NCBI RefSeq assembly: GCF_000039765.1
Contig: NC_004459.3
Location: forward strand, 150,001-182,000
Reading direction: 5' to 3'
Length of the DNA: 32,000 bases
Origin: Vibrio vulnificus CMCP6
GTDB taxonomy: Bacteria; Pseudomonadota; Gammaproteobacteria; Enterobacterales; Vibrionaceae
Shown piece after piece: positions 9,086 to 19,510 of this stretch. How positions within the stretch are numbered: the first letter of the stretch is position 1; each line of letters starts with the position of its first letter. A program made the position numbers and the translations under genes. The notes beneath the pieces were generated by a model. It ran no database searches. It had not been told where the DNA came from and saw only the letters and a program-made list of their open reading frames with translations.

Positions 9086-10744
9086 TTATAGACCTGCTTC
9101 GGCAAAGACTTGATTGACAATCTCTTGCGCTTCCAACTCAATTTGTTTGAGGTGCTCTGCGCCTTTGAAGCTCTCACAATAGATCTTATAGATATCTTCA
9201 GTACCCGATGGACGCGCAGCAAACCAACCGTTCGCAGTTGTCACTTTTAGACCACCAATCGCTGCGCCATTACCAGGAGCATGGGTCAGTCTCGCGGTAA
9301 TCTCATCACCTGCTAAAGTTTCTGCCTTCACCATTTCAGCAGAGAGCTTCTTCAGTACCTCTTTCTGAGGACCATTGGCAACCGCTTGGATTCGGCTGTA
9401 CTGAGACTCCCCATGTTTAGCCGCCAGCTCGTCGTAATATTGCTGCGGGTTTTTACCGGTCACTGCGGTGATTTCCGCAGCCAGTAAACAGAGAATGATG
9501 CCATCTTTGTCTGTCGACCATGGTGTACCATCTTGGCGCAAGAATGAGGCTCCCGCACTCTCTTCGCCACCAAAGCCAAACTTACCGTTGTACAACCCAT
9601 CCACAAACCATTTGAAGCCAACCGGTACTTCACATAGCTCACGGCCAAGATCGGCCACCACTCGGTCAATCATGGCGCTAGAAACTAGGGTTTTACCCAC
9701 TGCCACATCCGCAGCCCAACCTTGACGATGACGGTATAGATAATCAATACAAACAGCTAAGAAGTGGTTCGGATTCATCAAGCCTTTTGTTGGCGTGACA
9801 ATACCATGGCGATCGTAATCTGGGTCATTGCCAAACGCGAGATCATACTGATCTTTTAGCGCCAGCAATCCAGCCATTGCGTAGGGAGAAGAGCAGTCCA
9901 TACGCACCACACCATCTTTATCCAATGACATAAACTGGAAAGAAGGGTCAATGGCTTCACTCACTAAAGTAAGATCTAAATTGTATGCTTTACCAATCTG
10001 ACGCCAATAATCAATGCCACTGCCGCCAAGAGGATCGACACCCAGTTTCAGGCCTGCTTTTTGGATGGCAGCCATATCGATTACATTCACCAAGTCATCG
10101 ACATAAGGTTTGACCAGATCTTGCTCTACAAACAGCGATGACGCTTTTGCTTGCGCCAAAGGCATACGCTTAACACCCTGCAACCCCTCTGCGATGAGTA
10201 CGTTTGCACGATTCTCAATTCGCTGTGTTAGCTCGCCTTCAGCGGGGCCACCATGAGTCGGATTGTATTTGATACCGCCATCTTGTGGTGGGTTATGAGA
10301 CGGAGTGATCACAATACCGTCTGCTTTTTCTTCGTGTTGTAAGTTGTATGTCAGGATCGCATGAGAAATACCCGGAGTTGGGGTATAGCCATTTTGTTCT
10401 TGTACAATCACGGTCACGCCATTGGCAATCAGCACTTCAACAACGGTAGAAAACGCTGGCTCAGACAACGCATGCGTATCTTTACCCACAAAAAGAGGAC
10501 CCGTTGTCCCTTGCTCTGCGCGTACTTCAGCCACTGCTTGAGCAATCGCTAAAATATGATGTTCGTTAAAAGTGGATTTATCCGCACAACCACGATGCCC
10601 TGACGTACCAAACTCGACTTTGTGTGCTGGGTTTGTTGGATCGGGTTGAAGGAGGAAATAATTAGCAACGAGTGCTGGGATATTGTGAAGATCTTCTTGC
10701 AGAGCTTTCTGCCCTGCACGAGGGTGCATAGCCATTAATGACAT
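9086..10744 (-). CDS. pgm: Phosphoglucomutase (alpha-D-glucose phosphate-specific)
   Basis: 552 aa with [24 protein letters not shown], catalytic TPSHNPP, and [14 protein letters not shown]. The start may be the internal Met (MAMHPRAGQ). Confidence 0.96.
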   Translation of the reverse strand: MSLMAMHPRAGQKALQEDLHNIPALVANYFLLQPDPTNPAHKVEFGTSGHRGCADKSTFNEHHILAIAQAVAEVRAEQGTTGPLFVGKDTHALSEPAFSTVVEVLIANGVTVIVQEQNGYTPTPGISHAILTYNLQHEEKADGIVITPSHNPPQDGGIKYNPTHGGPAEGELTQRIENRANVLIAEGLQGVKRMPLAQAKASSLFVEQDLVKPYVDDLVNVIDMAAIQKAGLKLGVDPLGGSGIDYWRQIGKAYNLDLTLVSEAIDPSFQFMSLDKDGVVRMDCSSPYAMAGLLALKDQYDLAFGNDPDYDRHGIVTPTKGLMNPNHFLAVCIDYLYRHRQGWAADVAVGKTLVSSAMIDRVVADLGRELCEVPVGFKWFVDGLYNGKFGFGGEESAGASFLRQDGTPWSTDKDGIILCLLAAEITAVTGKNPQQYYDELAAKHGESQYSRIQAVANGPQKEVLKKLSAEMVKAETLAGDEITARLTHAPGNGAAIGGLKVTTANGWFAARPSGTEDIYKIYCESFKGAEHLKQIELEAQEIVNQVFAEAGL

Positions 10745-10771
10745 CCTTTCTTAAAATATACTCAAACAAAA

Positions 10772-10813
10772 AAGCCTCATAATATCGGCATAATCTTGCG
10801 CATTATGAGGCTT
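10772..10813 (-). terminator. Terminator-like hairpin between seqA and pgm
   Basis: 12-bp perfect arms AAGCCTCATAAT / ATTATGAGGCTT with 18-nt loop, followed on the minus strand by TTTTTTGTTTG. Confidence 0.65.
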
Positions 10814-10825
10814 CTATCAGGTTTC

Positions 10826-11359
10826 TTAAATTGAACCTGTTACTTTTTCAATTAAATCAGGCTGGAATTCCATATGCACCATCACTTGCTCCACCATTTG
10901 CCTCTTACGGCTGGTATTGTTATTAGTGATGACCCAAAAACCCGTGCCTGGAATGGATTTTGGTTTCGTCGTATTACCATTTTCTAGCAATGTCGCCTCA
11001 TTGTCGGCGAAATAAACACGCTTACGACCTTTCACTTTTGTCGCTTGAGCAAACGACTCAGGGTTGATTCGATGTAGCGTGCTCAGCACAAGCATAAATC
11101 GATCGATGGCTTTCTTTAATGAGGCAAACTCATCCGAAATTAATAGTGAGCGCATCTCTTTTACGCCATCAAGTTGAGTGTCTTTGCCTGCATCTTTGCT
11201 TACTACGATGCCTTTCGGTTCTATCGTAATAGGGGCAACAGTCTGACGTCCATCCACATTCAATAAGCGGCGCAAAATATCCGATGCACTTTCGCCAATA
11301 TGTTGGGTTTGACTAGCAATGTAACGGTATAGATCCTCATCAACCTCAATTGTTTTCAT
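10826..11359 (-). CDS. seqA: Replication initiation negative regulator SeqA
   Basis: 177 aa: MKTIEVDEDLYRYIASQTQHIGESASDILRRLL ... RVYFADNEATLL ... KSIPGTGFWVITNNNT. Confidence 0.97.
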   Translation of the reverse strand: MKTIEVDEDLYRYIASQTQHIGESASDILRRLLNVDGRQTVAPITIEPKGIVVSKDAGKDTQLDGVKEMRSLLISDEFASLKKAIDRFMLVLSTLHRINPESFAQATKVKGRKRVYFADNEATLLENGNTTKPKSIPGTGFWVITNNNTSRKRQMVEQVMVHMEFQPDLIEKVTGSI

Positions 11360-11451
11360 TCGCTTTTCACAATCTCAATGTTTAAACTCTGGGGGATTAT
11401 AACGAGATCCTCGCGGATACTCCACGTTAAACCCATCACGAACAAGATAAA

Positions 11452-12219
11452 ATGTCAGCATTGCTCAATTACAAACTCGAAGGTGACGGTCAAGCCATTG
11501 TTTTGCTACACGGCTTGTTCGGCAGTTTAAGTAACTTAGGTCTACTCGCGCGAGATCTCTCACAAGATCATCGTGTCATCAGCTTAGACCTACGTAACCA
11601 TGGCTTATCTTTTAAGTCTCAACAACACGATTACACGCTCATGGCTCAAGATGTTATCGACACGCTAAGCGCAATAGGTATCGATAAAGCGATTGTCATC
11701 GGCCATTCAATGGGTGGCAAAGTCGCGATGGAAATGGCCAATCTCGCGCCCAATCTCGTCACTCAGTTGATCGTGTTAGACATGGCCCCCGTCGCGTACC
11801 AACAAAGGCGTCATGATAATGTTTTTAACGGACTGCACGCGGTCATGGAACAGAAGCCAACATCACGCCATGAGGCGTTGCAATTACTCGCGCAACACAT
11901 TGAACTCGATGGCGTTCGACAGTTTCTTGCCAAGTCATTGTACAAAGAAGGCAATCATTTGGCATGGCGCTTCAATGTCGACGCCCTTATCGCTAACTAC
12001 GATTCAATATTAGGTTGGACACCGATAGAGCAAACCAACATTCCCACCTTATTTGTCAAAGGAGGCGATTCTGACTATTTGACGACAGAGCATCAAAGCT
12101 TGGTTCAGCAGCAGTTTAGTCGAGCAAAAGCGCACGTTATCGCTGGTACTGGGCATTGGCTGCACGCGGAAAAACCAGCAGAAGTCCTTCGTGCGATCAG
12201 AAAATTTATTTCTAGTTAA
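11452..12219 (+). CDS. ybfF: Alpha/beta hydrolase, YbfF esterase family
   Basis: 255 aa with VLLHGLFGSLSNLG, nucleophile elbow GHSMGGKVAM, C-terminal GTGHWLHAEKP; divergent from seqA as in E. coli. Confidence 0.92.
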   Translation: MSALLNYKLEGDGQAIVLLHGLFGSLSNLGLLARDLSQDHRVISLDLRNHGLSFKSQQHDYTLMAQDVIDTLSAIGIDKAIVIGHSMGGKVAMEMANLAPNLVTQLIVLDMAPVAYQQRRHDNVFNGLHAVMEQKPTSRHEALQLLAQHIELDGVRQFLAKSLYKEGNHLAWRFNVDALIANYDSILGWTPIEQTNIPTLFVKGGDSDYLTTEHQSLVQQQFSRAKAHVIAGTGHWLHAEKPAEVLRAIRKFISS

Positions 12220-12332
12220 CAAATACGAAAAATCGCCAAGTTTTATTGGGATATCCCCACTTTGTGTGCATTAACTTTATGGCGTAAGAGTGATATAGTG
12301 CGCGCAAGCTAAATTGGCATTAAAGGAACACT

Positions 12333-12554
12333 ATGCTCTACGACTACATGAACATGCTGGAATCGATTGGACTCGATCTTCTTTTTGCGTCTATCTTCTT
12401 TCTTATTGGTATGGCGATAAAAGACGTATTAAACCAGGGAAATGTTCCGGTATTTGGTCGTCGTATTGTGTGGCTAGTGCTCTTCCTTGGCTGTGCCGGT
12501 TTTATCGCAAAAGGTATTATTCAGCTTAGCTGGGAAGGCACAGGGCTGGGTTAA
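12333..12554 (+). CDS. DUF2788 family small membrane protein
   Basis: 73 aa ORF MLYDYMNMLESIGLDLLFASIFFLIGMAIKDVLNQGNVPVFGRRIVWLVLFLGCAGFIAKGIIQL with AAAGGAA RBS; two hydrophobic segments. Confidence 0.85.
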   Translation: MLYDYMNMLESIGLDLLFASIFFLIGMAIKDVLNQGNVPVFGRRIVWLVLFLGCAGFIAKGIIQLSWEGTGLG

Positions 12555-12602
12555 ATCACAGCATCCGTGCCAACAACAGACATTATTAAAGGTATAAACT
12601 CT

Positions 12603-13136
12603 ATGGCAAGTGTAGGTATCTTCTTCGGCAGCGACACAGGCAACACCGAAGCCGTTGCTAAGATGATTCAAAAGCAACTAGGTAAAAAACTCGTTCACGT
12701 ACAAGACATCGCAAAAAGTAGTAAAGAAGATATCGACAACTTCGACCTACTGCTTTTAGGCATCCCAACTTGGTACTACGGTGAAGCTCAGTGTGATTGG
12801 GATGACTTTTTCCCAGAGTTAGAGAAAATCGATTTCTCGACGAAACTAGTGGCCATTTTTGGTTGTGGCGACCAAGAGGACTACGCAGAATATTTCTGTG
12901 ACGCAATGGGCACCGTTCGCGATATCGTAGAAGCAAAAGGCGGCACTATCCTAGGCCACACTTCAACTGAGAGCTATGAGTTCGAAGCATCAAAAGCCTT
13001 AGTTGCTGGTGATGACCGCCTATTCGTCGGTTTATGCATTGATGAAGATCGCCAACCAGAACTCACCGAAGAACGTGTGAAAAACTGGGTTGAACAGATC
13101 TACGAAGAAATGTGCCTTGCAGAGCTTGAAGACTAA
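12603..13136 (+). CDS. fldA: Flavodoxin FldA
   Basis: MASVGIFFGSDTGNTEAVAKMIQKQLG with FMN phosphate loop. The supplied ORF start at 12567 adds 12 non-conserved residues. Directly followed by a terminator, with fur nearby. Confidence 0.95.
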   Translation: MASVGIFFGSDTGNTEAVAKMIQKQLGKKLVHVQDIAKSSKEDIDNFDLLLLGIPTWYYGEAQCDWDDFFPELEKIDFSTKLVAIFGCGDQEDYAEYFCDAMGTVRDIVEAKGGTILGHTSTESYEFEASKALVAGDDRLFVGLCIDEDRQPELTEERVKNWVEQIYEEMCLAELED

Positions 13137-13141
13137 TGATG

Positions 13142-13167
13142 AAAAACCTCCTTCGGGAGGTTTTTTT
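13142..13167. terminator. Bidirectional terminator between fldA and the DUF4442 gene
   Basis: AAAAACCTCC TTCG GGAGGTTTTTTT, a 10-bp stem with tetraloop, abutting the convergent stop codons. Confidence 0.92.
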
Positions 13168-13663
13168 AATTTGTCACGATGACTTCTTCTCGATATTGCG
13201 GTTTTTTGCGTACATACAGCTTACGCTGAACTTCAGAAACCACATTCCCTTGTGCATCTTTGACATGGATGACAAATTCAGGAAAGCACTTCTCCCCTCT
13301 CTTGGTCACGGAGTAAATCTCATCTAACACCGATTGGCAGATCTCAAACTTAGCAAAGAGATCACTTTTCCCAGGTTGAATAAAGTTAATGCTCGCTTCC
13401 TTGTCCCAGACATAGTACTCCTCCCCCAAAATCCCCATCAGCATTAATGAGTAAACTGGATCCGTTAAAGAGAAAATACTGCCGCCATACTGAGTACGAT
13501 TGGCGTTTTTGTTCCACCAGCGCAATTTCAGTCTCATTTCAACCGTACGGAAATCATCACTTATGCGTAAAATGCGAATTCCTGCCCCCCAAAATGGCGG
13601 CCAAATGTTTAAAGCAAACTTAACCATTCCCGGTTTGTAGATCTTCGCGAGTTGCTTGTTCAT
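13166..13663 (-). CDS. DUF4442 domain-containing (hotdog/thioesterase-like) protein
   Basis: 165 aa: FRTVEMRLKLRWWNKNANRTQYGGSIFSLTDPVYSLMLMGILG resembles the DUF4442 family. Confidence 0.8.
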   Translation of the reverse strand: MNKQLAKIYKPGMVKFALNIWPPFWGAGIRILRISDDFRTVEMRLKLRWWNKNANRTQYGGSIFSLTDPVYSLMLMGILGEEYYVWDKEASINFIQPGKSDLFAKFEICQSVLDEIYSVTKRGEKCFPEFVIHVKDAQGNVVSEVQRKLYVRKKPQYREEVIVTN

Positions 13664-13858
13664 GCCTTCCTTGCTCTCTTTGCAAATTGTTATTAAATTG
13701 TAACTGGTCAGATGAGCAATATAAGCGACCTAACGCGAATTTACAAAAAGAATATAGTAACCCTTTGAAGTTCGTGGTTTATTGTTATCTCTGGTTAACC
13801 TATAATGTTCAGAATATTGAATTCTGTTAATCGCGGCAGATCATCAACGGGAAAGTAT

Positions 13859-14308
13859 ATGTCAGACAATAACCAAGCGCTAAAGGATGCTGGTCTTAAA
13901 GTTACCCTTCCAAGGCTGAAAATTTTAGAAGTACTACAGCAACCGGATTGCCAACACATCAGTGCTGAAGACCTTTATAAGAAGCTGATTGATCTTGGCG
14001 AAGAGATTGGCCTTGCGACAGTATATCGAGTGTTGAACCAGTTTGATGATGCCGGTATTGTTACTCGCCACCACTTTGAAGGCGGTAAATCGGTATTTGA
14101 ACTTTCGACTCAACATCACCATGATCACCTAGTTTGTCTCGACTGCGGTGAAGTTATTGAGTTCTCAGATGACATTATTGAAGAGCGCCAAAAAGAAATC
14201 GCCGCCGCTTATAATGTTCAACTGACAAACCACAGCCTCTACCTTTACGGCAAGTGTGGCGATGGCTCATGCAAGGGTAATCCAGACGCACATAAACGTA
14301 AGAACTAA
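13859..14308 (+). CDS. fur: Ferric uptake regulator Fur
   Basis: MSDNNQALKDAGLKVTLPRLKILEVLQQPDCQHISAEDLYKKL..., HHHDHLVCLDCG, C-terminal CGDGSC. Start set at 13859 rather than the supplied 13805. Confidence 0.97.
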   Translation: MSDNNQALKDAGLKVTLPRLKILEVLQQPDCQHISAEDLYKKLIDLGEEIGLATVYRVLNQFDDAGIVTRHHFEGGKSVFELSTQHHHDHLVCLDCGEVIEFSDDIIEERQKEIAAAYNVQLTNHSLYLYGKCGDGSCKGNPDAHKRKN

Positions 14309-14330
14309 TATCGACGCTCGATAGATCTTA

Positions 14331-14353
14331 AAAGCCAGCATATTGCTGGCTTT
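14331..14353 (+). terminator. fur terminator
   Basis: AAAGCCAGCA TAT TGCTGGCTTT followed by TT. Confidence 0.88.
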
Positions 14354-14373
14354 TTGTTGCGCCTACAAAAAAA

Positions 14374-14390
14374 CCAACTCAATGAGTTGG
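14374..14390 (-). terminator. glnS terminator
   Basis: CCAACTC AAT GAGTTGG with a long A-run on the plus-strand left side, giving a T-run on the minus strand. Confidence 0.8.
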
Positions 14391-14412
14391 GTTTTTCTTA
14401 GCTTAATAGCGC

Positions 14413-16083
14413 TTATTTCGCTTCAATCTTCGCCCAAGTATCACGTAGACCTACAGTACGGTTGAAAACTAAATGCTCTTTAGAGGAGTCTTTAGAATCC
14501 GCACAGAAGTAACCCATACGCTCAAACTGATAGCCTTTTTCAGCTTCTGCTTCCACTAAGCTTGGCTCAACAAAGCCATTCATCACCGTTAAAGATTCCG
14601 GATTGATGGTTGAAGCAAAGTCATCTGCGGCTGCTGGATTTGGTACCGTGAATAGACGATCGTATAGACGAATTTCAGCAGGAACACCTTTATCCGCCGA
14701 TACCCAGTGAATTACACCACGTACTTTACGGCCATCCGCAGGGTTAACACCCAAAGTCTCTGAATCGTAAGTACAGAAGATAGTCGTGATATTACCTTCG
14801 TCGTCTTTCTCAACACGCTCAGCTTTAATCACGTACGCGCCACGCAGACGTACTTCACTGCCAAGAACCAAACGTTTGTACTTCTTGTTTGCTTCTTCGC
14901 GGAAATCTTCACGCTCGATCCAAATTTCACGGCTAAACGGAACTTCACGCTCACCCATTTCTGGCTTATTTGGATGGTTAGCAACCGTCAGATTTTCTAC
15001 TTCGCCTGCAGGGAAGTTTTCAATCACTAGCTTAACAGGATCCAACACCGCCATTGCACGAGGGGCATTTTCATTCAAATCATCACGGATGCAAGATTCC
15101 AATGAACTAAACTCGATCATGTTTTCTTGCTTCGTCACACCAATACGCTTACAAAACTCGCGAATTGACGCAGGTGTGAAACCGCGACGGCGTAAACCAG
15201 AGATCGTCGGCATACGTGGGTCATCCCAGCCATTAACCAACTTCTCAGTCACCAACTGGTTGAGCTTACGCTTAGACATTACTGTGTATTCAAGGTTCAG
15301 ACGGCTGAACTCGTACTGATGAGGACGGCAATCAATGGTGATGTTGTCGAGAACCCAGTCGTACAAACGACGGTTGTCCATAAACTCAAGAGTACAAATT
15401 GAGTGCGTAATGCCTTCTAACGCATCTGAAATACAGTGCGTAAAGTCGTACATTGGGTAAATGCACCATTTGTCACCTGTCTGGTGGTGAGACGCAAAAC
15501 GCACGCGGTAAAGAACAGGATCGCGCATAACCATGAACGACGATGCCATGTCAATCTTCGCACGAAGACACGCTTTACCTTCTTCAAAACCGCCATCGCG
15601 CATTTTTTCAAACAGCGCAAGGTTTTCTTCCGCAGAACGATCACGATAAGGGCTAGGCTTACCTGGTGCAGTCAACGTACCACGGTATTCACGGATCTGC
15701 TCTGGACTTAGCTCATCAACGTACGCTAAGCCTTTGTTAATCAGTTCCACTGCATACTCGTAAAGCTTGTCGAAATAGTTCGATGAGTAACAGATCTCAT
15801 CATCCCATTCAAAGCCTAACCAGCTCACATCATTTTTGATCGACTCAACGTATTCGATGTCTTCTTTCTCAGGGTTGGTATCGTCGAAACGAAGATTACA
15901 CTTACCCTGATAGTCCTGAGCAATACCAAAGTTCAAACAAATCGATTTTGCATGGCCGATGTGTAGGTAGCCGTTTGGCTCCGGTGGGAATCGTGTATGC
16001 ACACTCGTGTGTTTGCCATCCGCCAGATCTTTATCAATGATCTGACGAATAAAGTTTGATGGACGAGCATCAGCTTCACTCAT
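14413..16083 (-). CDS. glnS: Glutaminyl-tRNA synthetase
   Basis: 556 aa with class I HIGH-type motif [22 protein letters not shown] and MSKRKL (KMSKS-type) motif. Confidence 0.98.
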   Translation of the reverse strand: MSEADARPSNFIRQIIDKDLADGKHTSVHTRFPPEPNGYLHIGHAKSICLNFGIAQDYQGKCNLRFDDTNPEKEDIEYVESIKNDVSWLGFEWDDEICYSSNYFDKLYEYAVELINKGLAYVDELSPEQIREYRGTLTAPGKPSPYRDRSAEENLALFEKMRDGGFEEGKACLRAKIDMASSFMVMRDPVLYRVRFASHHQTGDKWCIYPMYDFTHCISDALEGITHSICTLEFMDNRRLYDWVLDNITIDCRPHQYEFSRLNLEYTVMSKRKLNQLVTEKLVNGWDDPRMPTISGLRRRGFTPASIREFCKRIGVTKQENMIEFSSLESCIRDDLNENAPRAMAVLDPVKLVIENFPAGEVENLTVANHPNKPEMGEREVPFSREIWIEREDFREEANKKYKRLVLGSEVRLRGAYVIKAERVEKDDEGNITTIFCTYDSETLGVNPADGRKVRGVIHWVSADKGVPAEIRLYDRLFTVPNPAAADDFASTINPESLTVMNGFVEPSLVEAEAEKGYQFERMGYFCADSKDSSKEHLVFNRTVGLRDTWAKIEAK

Positions 16084-16261
16084 CTAAAGCACCTCAAGTT
16101 TGTTTTAGTATTGTTCAGAGAAAACTTAGCTCTGAAGCGTCAACGCAACTTCAGAGCAAACTGCCGTTAATGATCCACAATTCTGTGCCATTAGACAATA
16201 AGATCTCGCGTTTAAATAGGATTATTTGTCTGAAAAGACCAAGATAGAGTGCCAAAACAGA

Positions 16262-16285
16262 AAAAGCCTCCCGAAGGAGGCTTTT
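16262..16285 (-). terminator. nagE terminator
   Basis: AAAAGCCTCC CGAA GGAGGCTTTT, a 10-bp stem with tetraloop. Confidence 0.88.
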
Positions 16286-16308
16286 CATATCATTCAGAGT
16301 GATTGCTA

Positions 16309-17880
16309 TTAAGGCAGTTTCACTTCTGATAGGTCTTCGTTGACACCGATTGCTTTCATTTCACCCGCAACGATTTCAGCTAGAGGACCAAGGATAACTT
16401 GTAGGTTGTTTTCGCCAAGCTTAACCACACCTTTAGCACCCAGTTTCTTAAGTACTGCTTCGTCAGCGACAGAGCGGTCTTTAAGCGTTAGACGTAGACG
16501 AGTGATACATGCATCGATTGATGTAAGGTTCTCGTGACCACCTAGTGCTTTTAGGTATTGACGAGCTAGGTCACCACTCTTTGCATCACCAGAAGCCGCA
16601 CTTGTTTCAGAATCATCATCTTCACGACCTGGCGATTTCAGATTGAATGCGCGGATTGCGAAGAAGAAAGTGAAGAAGTATAGAGCACCGAAAGCTAGAC
16701 CGATTAGTAGCAGTACGAATGGCTTAGTTGCTAGACCCCAGTTCAATAGGAAGTCGATTAGACCTGCTGAGAAACCAAAGCCATGTAGCGTGCCGAACAT
16801 GTTTGCTACAACTAGCGCTAGACCAGTGAACACAGCGTGTAGAGCGTATAGTGCTGGAGCTAGGAACACGAACATGAATTCTAGTGGCTCTGTGATACCG
16901 GTTAGGAATGAACAGAACGCTACAGAGAACAGTGCACCACCAACTTGGCTACGTTTTTCTGCTGGAGCTGCTAGGTACATCGCTAGCGCAGCACCTGGTA
17001 GACCAAACATCATCACAGGGAAGAAGCCGTTCATGAATACGCCAGCGCCTTTGTCACCACCGAAGAAGCGGTGTAGGTCACCAGATTTCACTGTTTCAGT
17101 TACTTCTTTCACTGTTGCAGTGATTTCAGGAGTTACAGCGTTAGCAAACTCAAATGTGTGAGTTTGGCCAGCAACAAGAGTTTTCGCTAGTGCTGGGTCT
17201 ACACAAAGCTGTTGTAGAGCAGGTAGAGCTTGACCAGCTGCTTGAGCACCTGTTACTAGGATCTCTTGACACGTACCCATACCGAACCAGAAGTATGAGT
17301 TAAGAACGTGGTGAAGACCAACAGGAATTAGTGCACGGTTTAGAGTACCGTAAACGAATTGACCTACAGCACCAGAAGTCGATACCGCGTGTGCTAGAGC
17401 ATCAAGACCGCCTTGGATTGAAGGCCAAACCACACCAGCAACTGCACCAGCAACCAGTGAGAATAGACCTGCCATAATAGGCACTAGACGTTTGCCAGAG
17501 AAGAATGCCAACCACTCAGGAAGACGTGTAGCATGGAAAGCGTTGTATGAGTGACCAGCGATGATACCACCAATGATACCGCCAAAGAACGACATGTTGA
17601 TAGAAGCATCGATTGTTGTTGCTGTTGCAGTTAGTACAAAGTACGCCACTGCACCTGCTAGACCTGCAGCACCTTGACCGTCTTTAGAAAGACCAATCGC
17701 GATACCAAGACCGAATAGAAGAGGAAGTTGACCAAAGATAGCACCACCAGCTTGCGCCATGAATGGGATATCTAACAGGTCGCCTTGACCCAAACGTAGT
17801 AAGAGCGCCGCAACTGGTAGCGTTGCGATAGGTAGCATAAGAGCTTTACCTAACTTTTGCGCGTATCCAAGAATATTCAC
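16309..17880 (-). CDS. nagE: PTS N-acetylglucosamine-specific EIICB transporter
   Basis: 523 aa with EIIC (MNILGYAQKLGKALMLPIATLPVAALLLRLGQ) and C-terminal EIIB (SIDACITRLRLTLKD); divergent from nagA-nagC. Confidence 0.93.
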   Translation of the reverse strand: MNILGYAQKLGKALMLPIATLPVAALLLRLGQGDLLDIPFMAQAGGAIFGQLPLLFGLGIAIGLSKDGQGAAGLAGAVAYFVLTATATTIDASINMSFFGGIIGGIIAGHSYNAFHATRLPEWLAFFSGKRLVPIMAGLFSLVAGAVAGVVWPSIQGGLDALAHAVSTSGAVGQFVYGTLNRALIPVGLHHVLNSYFWFGMGTCQEILVTGAQAAGQALPALQQLCVDPALAKTLVAGQTHTFEFANAVTPEITATVKEVTETVKSGDLHRFFGGDKGAGVFMNGFFPVMMFGLPGAALAMYLAAPAEKRSQVGGALFSVAFCSFLTGITEPLEFMFVFLAPALYALHAVFTGLALVVANMFGTLHGFGFSAGLIDFLLNWGLATKPFVLLLIGLAFGALYFFTFFFAIRAFNLKSPGREDDDSETSAASGDAKSGDLARQYLKALGGHENLTSIDACITRLRLTLKDRSVADEAVLKKLGAKGVVKLGENNLQVILGPLAEIVAGEMKAIGVNEDLSEVKLP

Positions 17881-17960
17881 CTTAAGTTCCCCCTATAGGA
17901 TTTTCATTTTTTGGAAGACTTTTTTTAGTCGTCCAATTTAGTCTTTTCCAGTTTATGACA

Positions 17961-17982
17961 TTAATTTTGCTCCGCAAATTAA
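17961..17982. promoter_or_regulatory. Candidate NagC operator
   Basis: TTAATTTTGCTCCGCAAATTAA: 7-bp outer inverted arms TTAATTT/AAATTAA around an 8-bp centre, located in the nagE/nagA divergent region. Confidence 0.6.
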
Positions 17983-17994
17983 AACCTCTTTGTT

Positions 17995-18010
17995 TGTGAT
18001 CATAATCACC
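17995..18010. promoter_or_regulatory. Candidate CRP-binding site in the nagE/nagA intergenic region
   Basis: TGTGA-TCATAA-TCACC resembles the TGTGA-N6-TCACA consensus with one terminal mismatch. Confidence 0.65.
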
Positions 18011-18371
18011 AGATTTTGCCCTTCCCAAAGGTTTTTGCTAGCGAGATCATAAAACTTATTTTATCATTCAAAAAAATGGTGAATTGGCGATAAAATTCTC
18101 AGACTTTTAGTGATGAACGAAACTCGTTTTTTGCCTAGCCACAATGGAATAAAACCATAGACTGGCATAAAGAATCGCTTAAAATACTATCAAAATAACG
18201 AATTTTCAGCATCTTACGTTGCTTAGAGTTTATCTTGCCAATGCTTGCTGTACCGCCTTTACGGCCTAATTCAGCGACACAAACTAAGTGTCCAATATAT
18301 TGGATGAATCGCTGTCTAAGGAACCGTAAATGAAACGAATTTAAATCTCATTTGATAAGGATTAGCTGAAT

Positions 18372-19508
18372 ATGTACGCGCTAACTAACTGTAAAATCTA
18401 TACAGGAAGTGATGTTCTCTCTGAGCACGCTCTCATCATCGAAAATGATTTGATCCAATCGATCGTACCAGCAGCGGATCTACCCTCTGGAATTGAAGTC
18501 AAAGACCTCGCAGGCGCTAACGTTAGTCCAGGTTTCATCGATCTACAGTTGAATGGCTGCGGCGGTGTGATGCTGAATGACGAAATCACAGCAGAAACGA
18601 TGCAAATCATGCACAAGGCGAACTTAAAGTCCGGCTGTACCAGCTTTCTGCCAACGCTAATCACTTCATCAGATGAAGACATGCGCGCTGCCATTTCTGC
18701 CGCACGTGAATACCATGCCCAATATCAAAACCAATCACTTGGTTTACACCTTGAAGGTCCTTACCTTAATGTGATGAAAAAAGGCATTCACAGCGTGGAT
18801 TACATTCGTCCTTCTGACACCAGCATGGTGGACTTTATTTGCGAAAACGCGGATGTCGTAGCCAAAGTGACTCTTGCTCCTGAGCTAAACGATCCTGAAC
18901 ACATTGAAAAACTGCGCAACGCGGGCATCGTTGTTTCTATCGGTCACACTAACGCCACTTACGCAGAGGCGCGTAAAGGCTTTGAAGCTGGCATCACCTT
19001 CGCCACGCACTTGTTCAATGCCATGACACCGATGGTTGGCCGTGAGCCCGGCGTGGTTGGTGCCATTTACGATACACCTGATGTGTATGCTGGCATCATT
19101 GCAGACGGTTTCCACGTTGACTATGCAAACATCAGAATTGCGCACAAGATCAAAGGCGAGAAGCTTGTATTAGTGACCGATGCCACAGCTCCTGCAGGCG
19201 CAAACATGGATTACTTTATTTTTGTTGGTAAGAAAGTATATTACCGAGATGGCAAATGTGTTGATGAAAATGGCACATTAGGCGGTTCAGCGTTGACGAT
19301 GATCGAAGCGGTCCAGAATACGGTTGAACATGTCGGAATCGCTTTAGATGAAGCTCTACGAATGGCGACTCTCTACCCAGCAAAAGCAATTGGTGTAGAC
19401 GCGCAGCTAGGTCGAATTAAGAAAGGTTACATTGCGAACCTGACGATTTTCGATCGAGACTTCAATGTTAAAGCGACGGTTGTTAACGGACAATACGAGC
19501 AAAATTAA
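18372..19508 (+). CDS. nagA: N-acetylglucosamine-6-phosphate deacetylase
   Basis: 378 aa: [53 protein letters not shown]. Confidence 0.97.
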   Translation: MYALTNCKIYTGSDVLSEHALIIENDLIQSIVPAADLPSGIEVKDLAGANVSPGFIDLQLNGCGGVMLNDEITAETMQIMHKANLKSGCTSFLPTLITSSDEDMRAAISAAREYHAQYQNQSLGLHLEGPYLNVMKKGIHSVDYIRPSDTSMVDFICENADVVAKVTLAPELNDPEHIEKLRNAGIVVSIGHTNATYAEARKGFEAGITFATHLFNAMTPMVGREPGVVGAIYDTPDVYAGIIADGFHVDYANIRIAHKIKGEKLVLVTDATAPAGANMDYFIFVGKKVYYRDGKCVDENGTLGGSALTMIEAVQNTVEHVGIALDEALRMATLYPAKAIGVDAQLGRIKKGYIANLTIFDRDFNVKATVVNGQYEQN

Positions 19509-19510
19509 GA

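Noticed and set aside
13136-13327. 63-aa ORF starting at the fldA stop
   Set aside because: Crosses the fldA/DUF4442 terminator and is antisense to the DUF4442 gene.
14786-15319. 177-aa plus-strand ORF antisense to glnS (also 15417..15644 and 15436..15711)
   Set aside because: Long, but Ser/Arg-rich translation and complete overlap with a highly conserved gene indicate a codon-bias shadow.
16643-17161. 172-aa ORF antisense to nagE
   Set aside because: Complete overlap with the conserved nagE coding sequence and biased composition (Ala/Asn/Pro rich) argue against a real gene.
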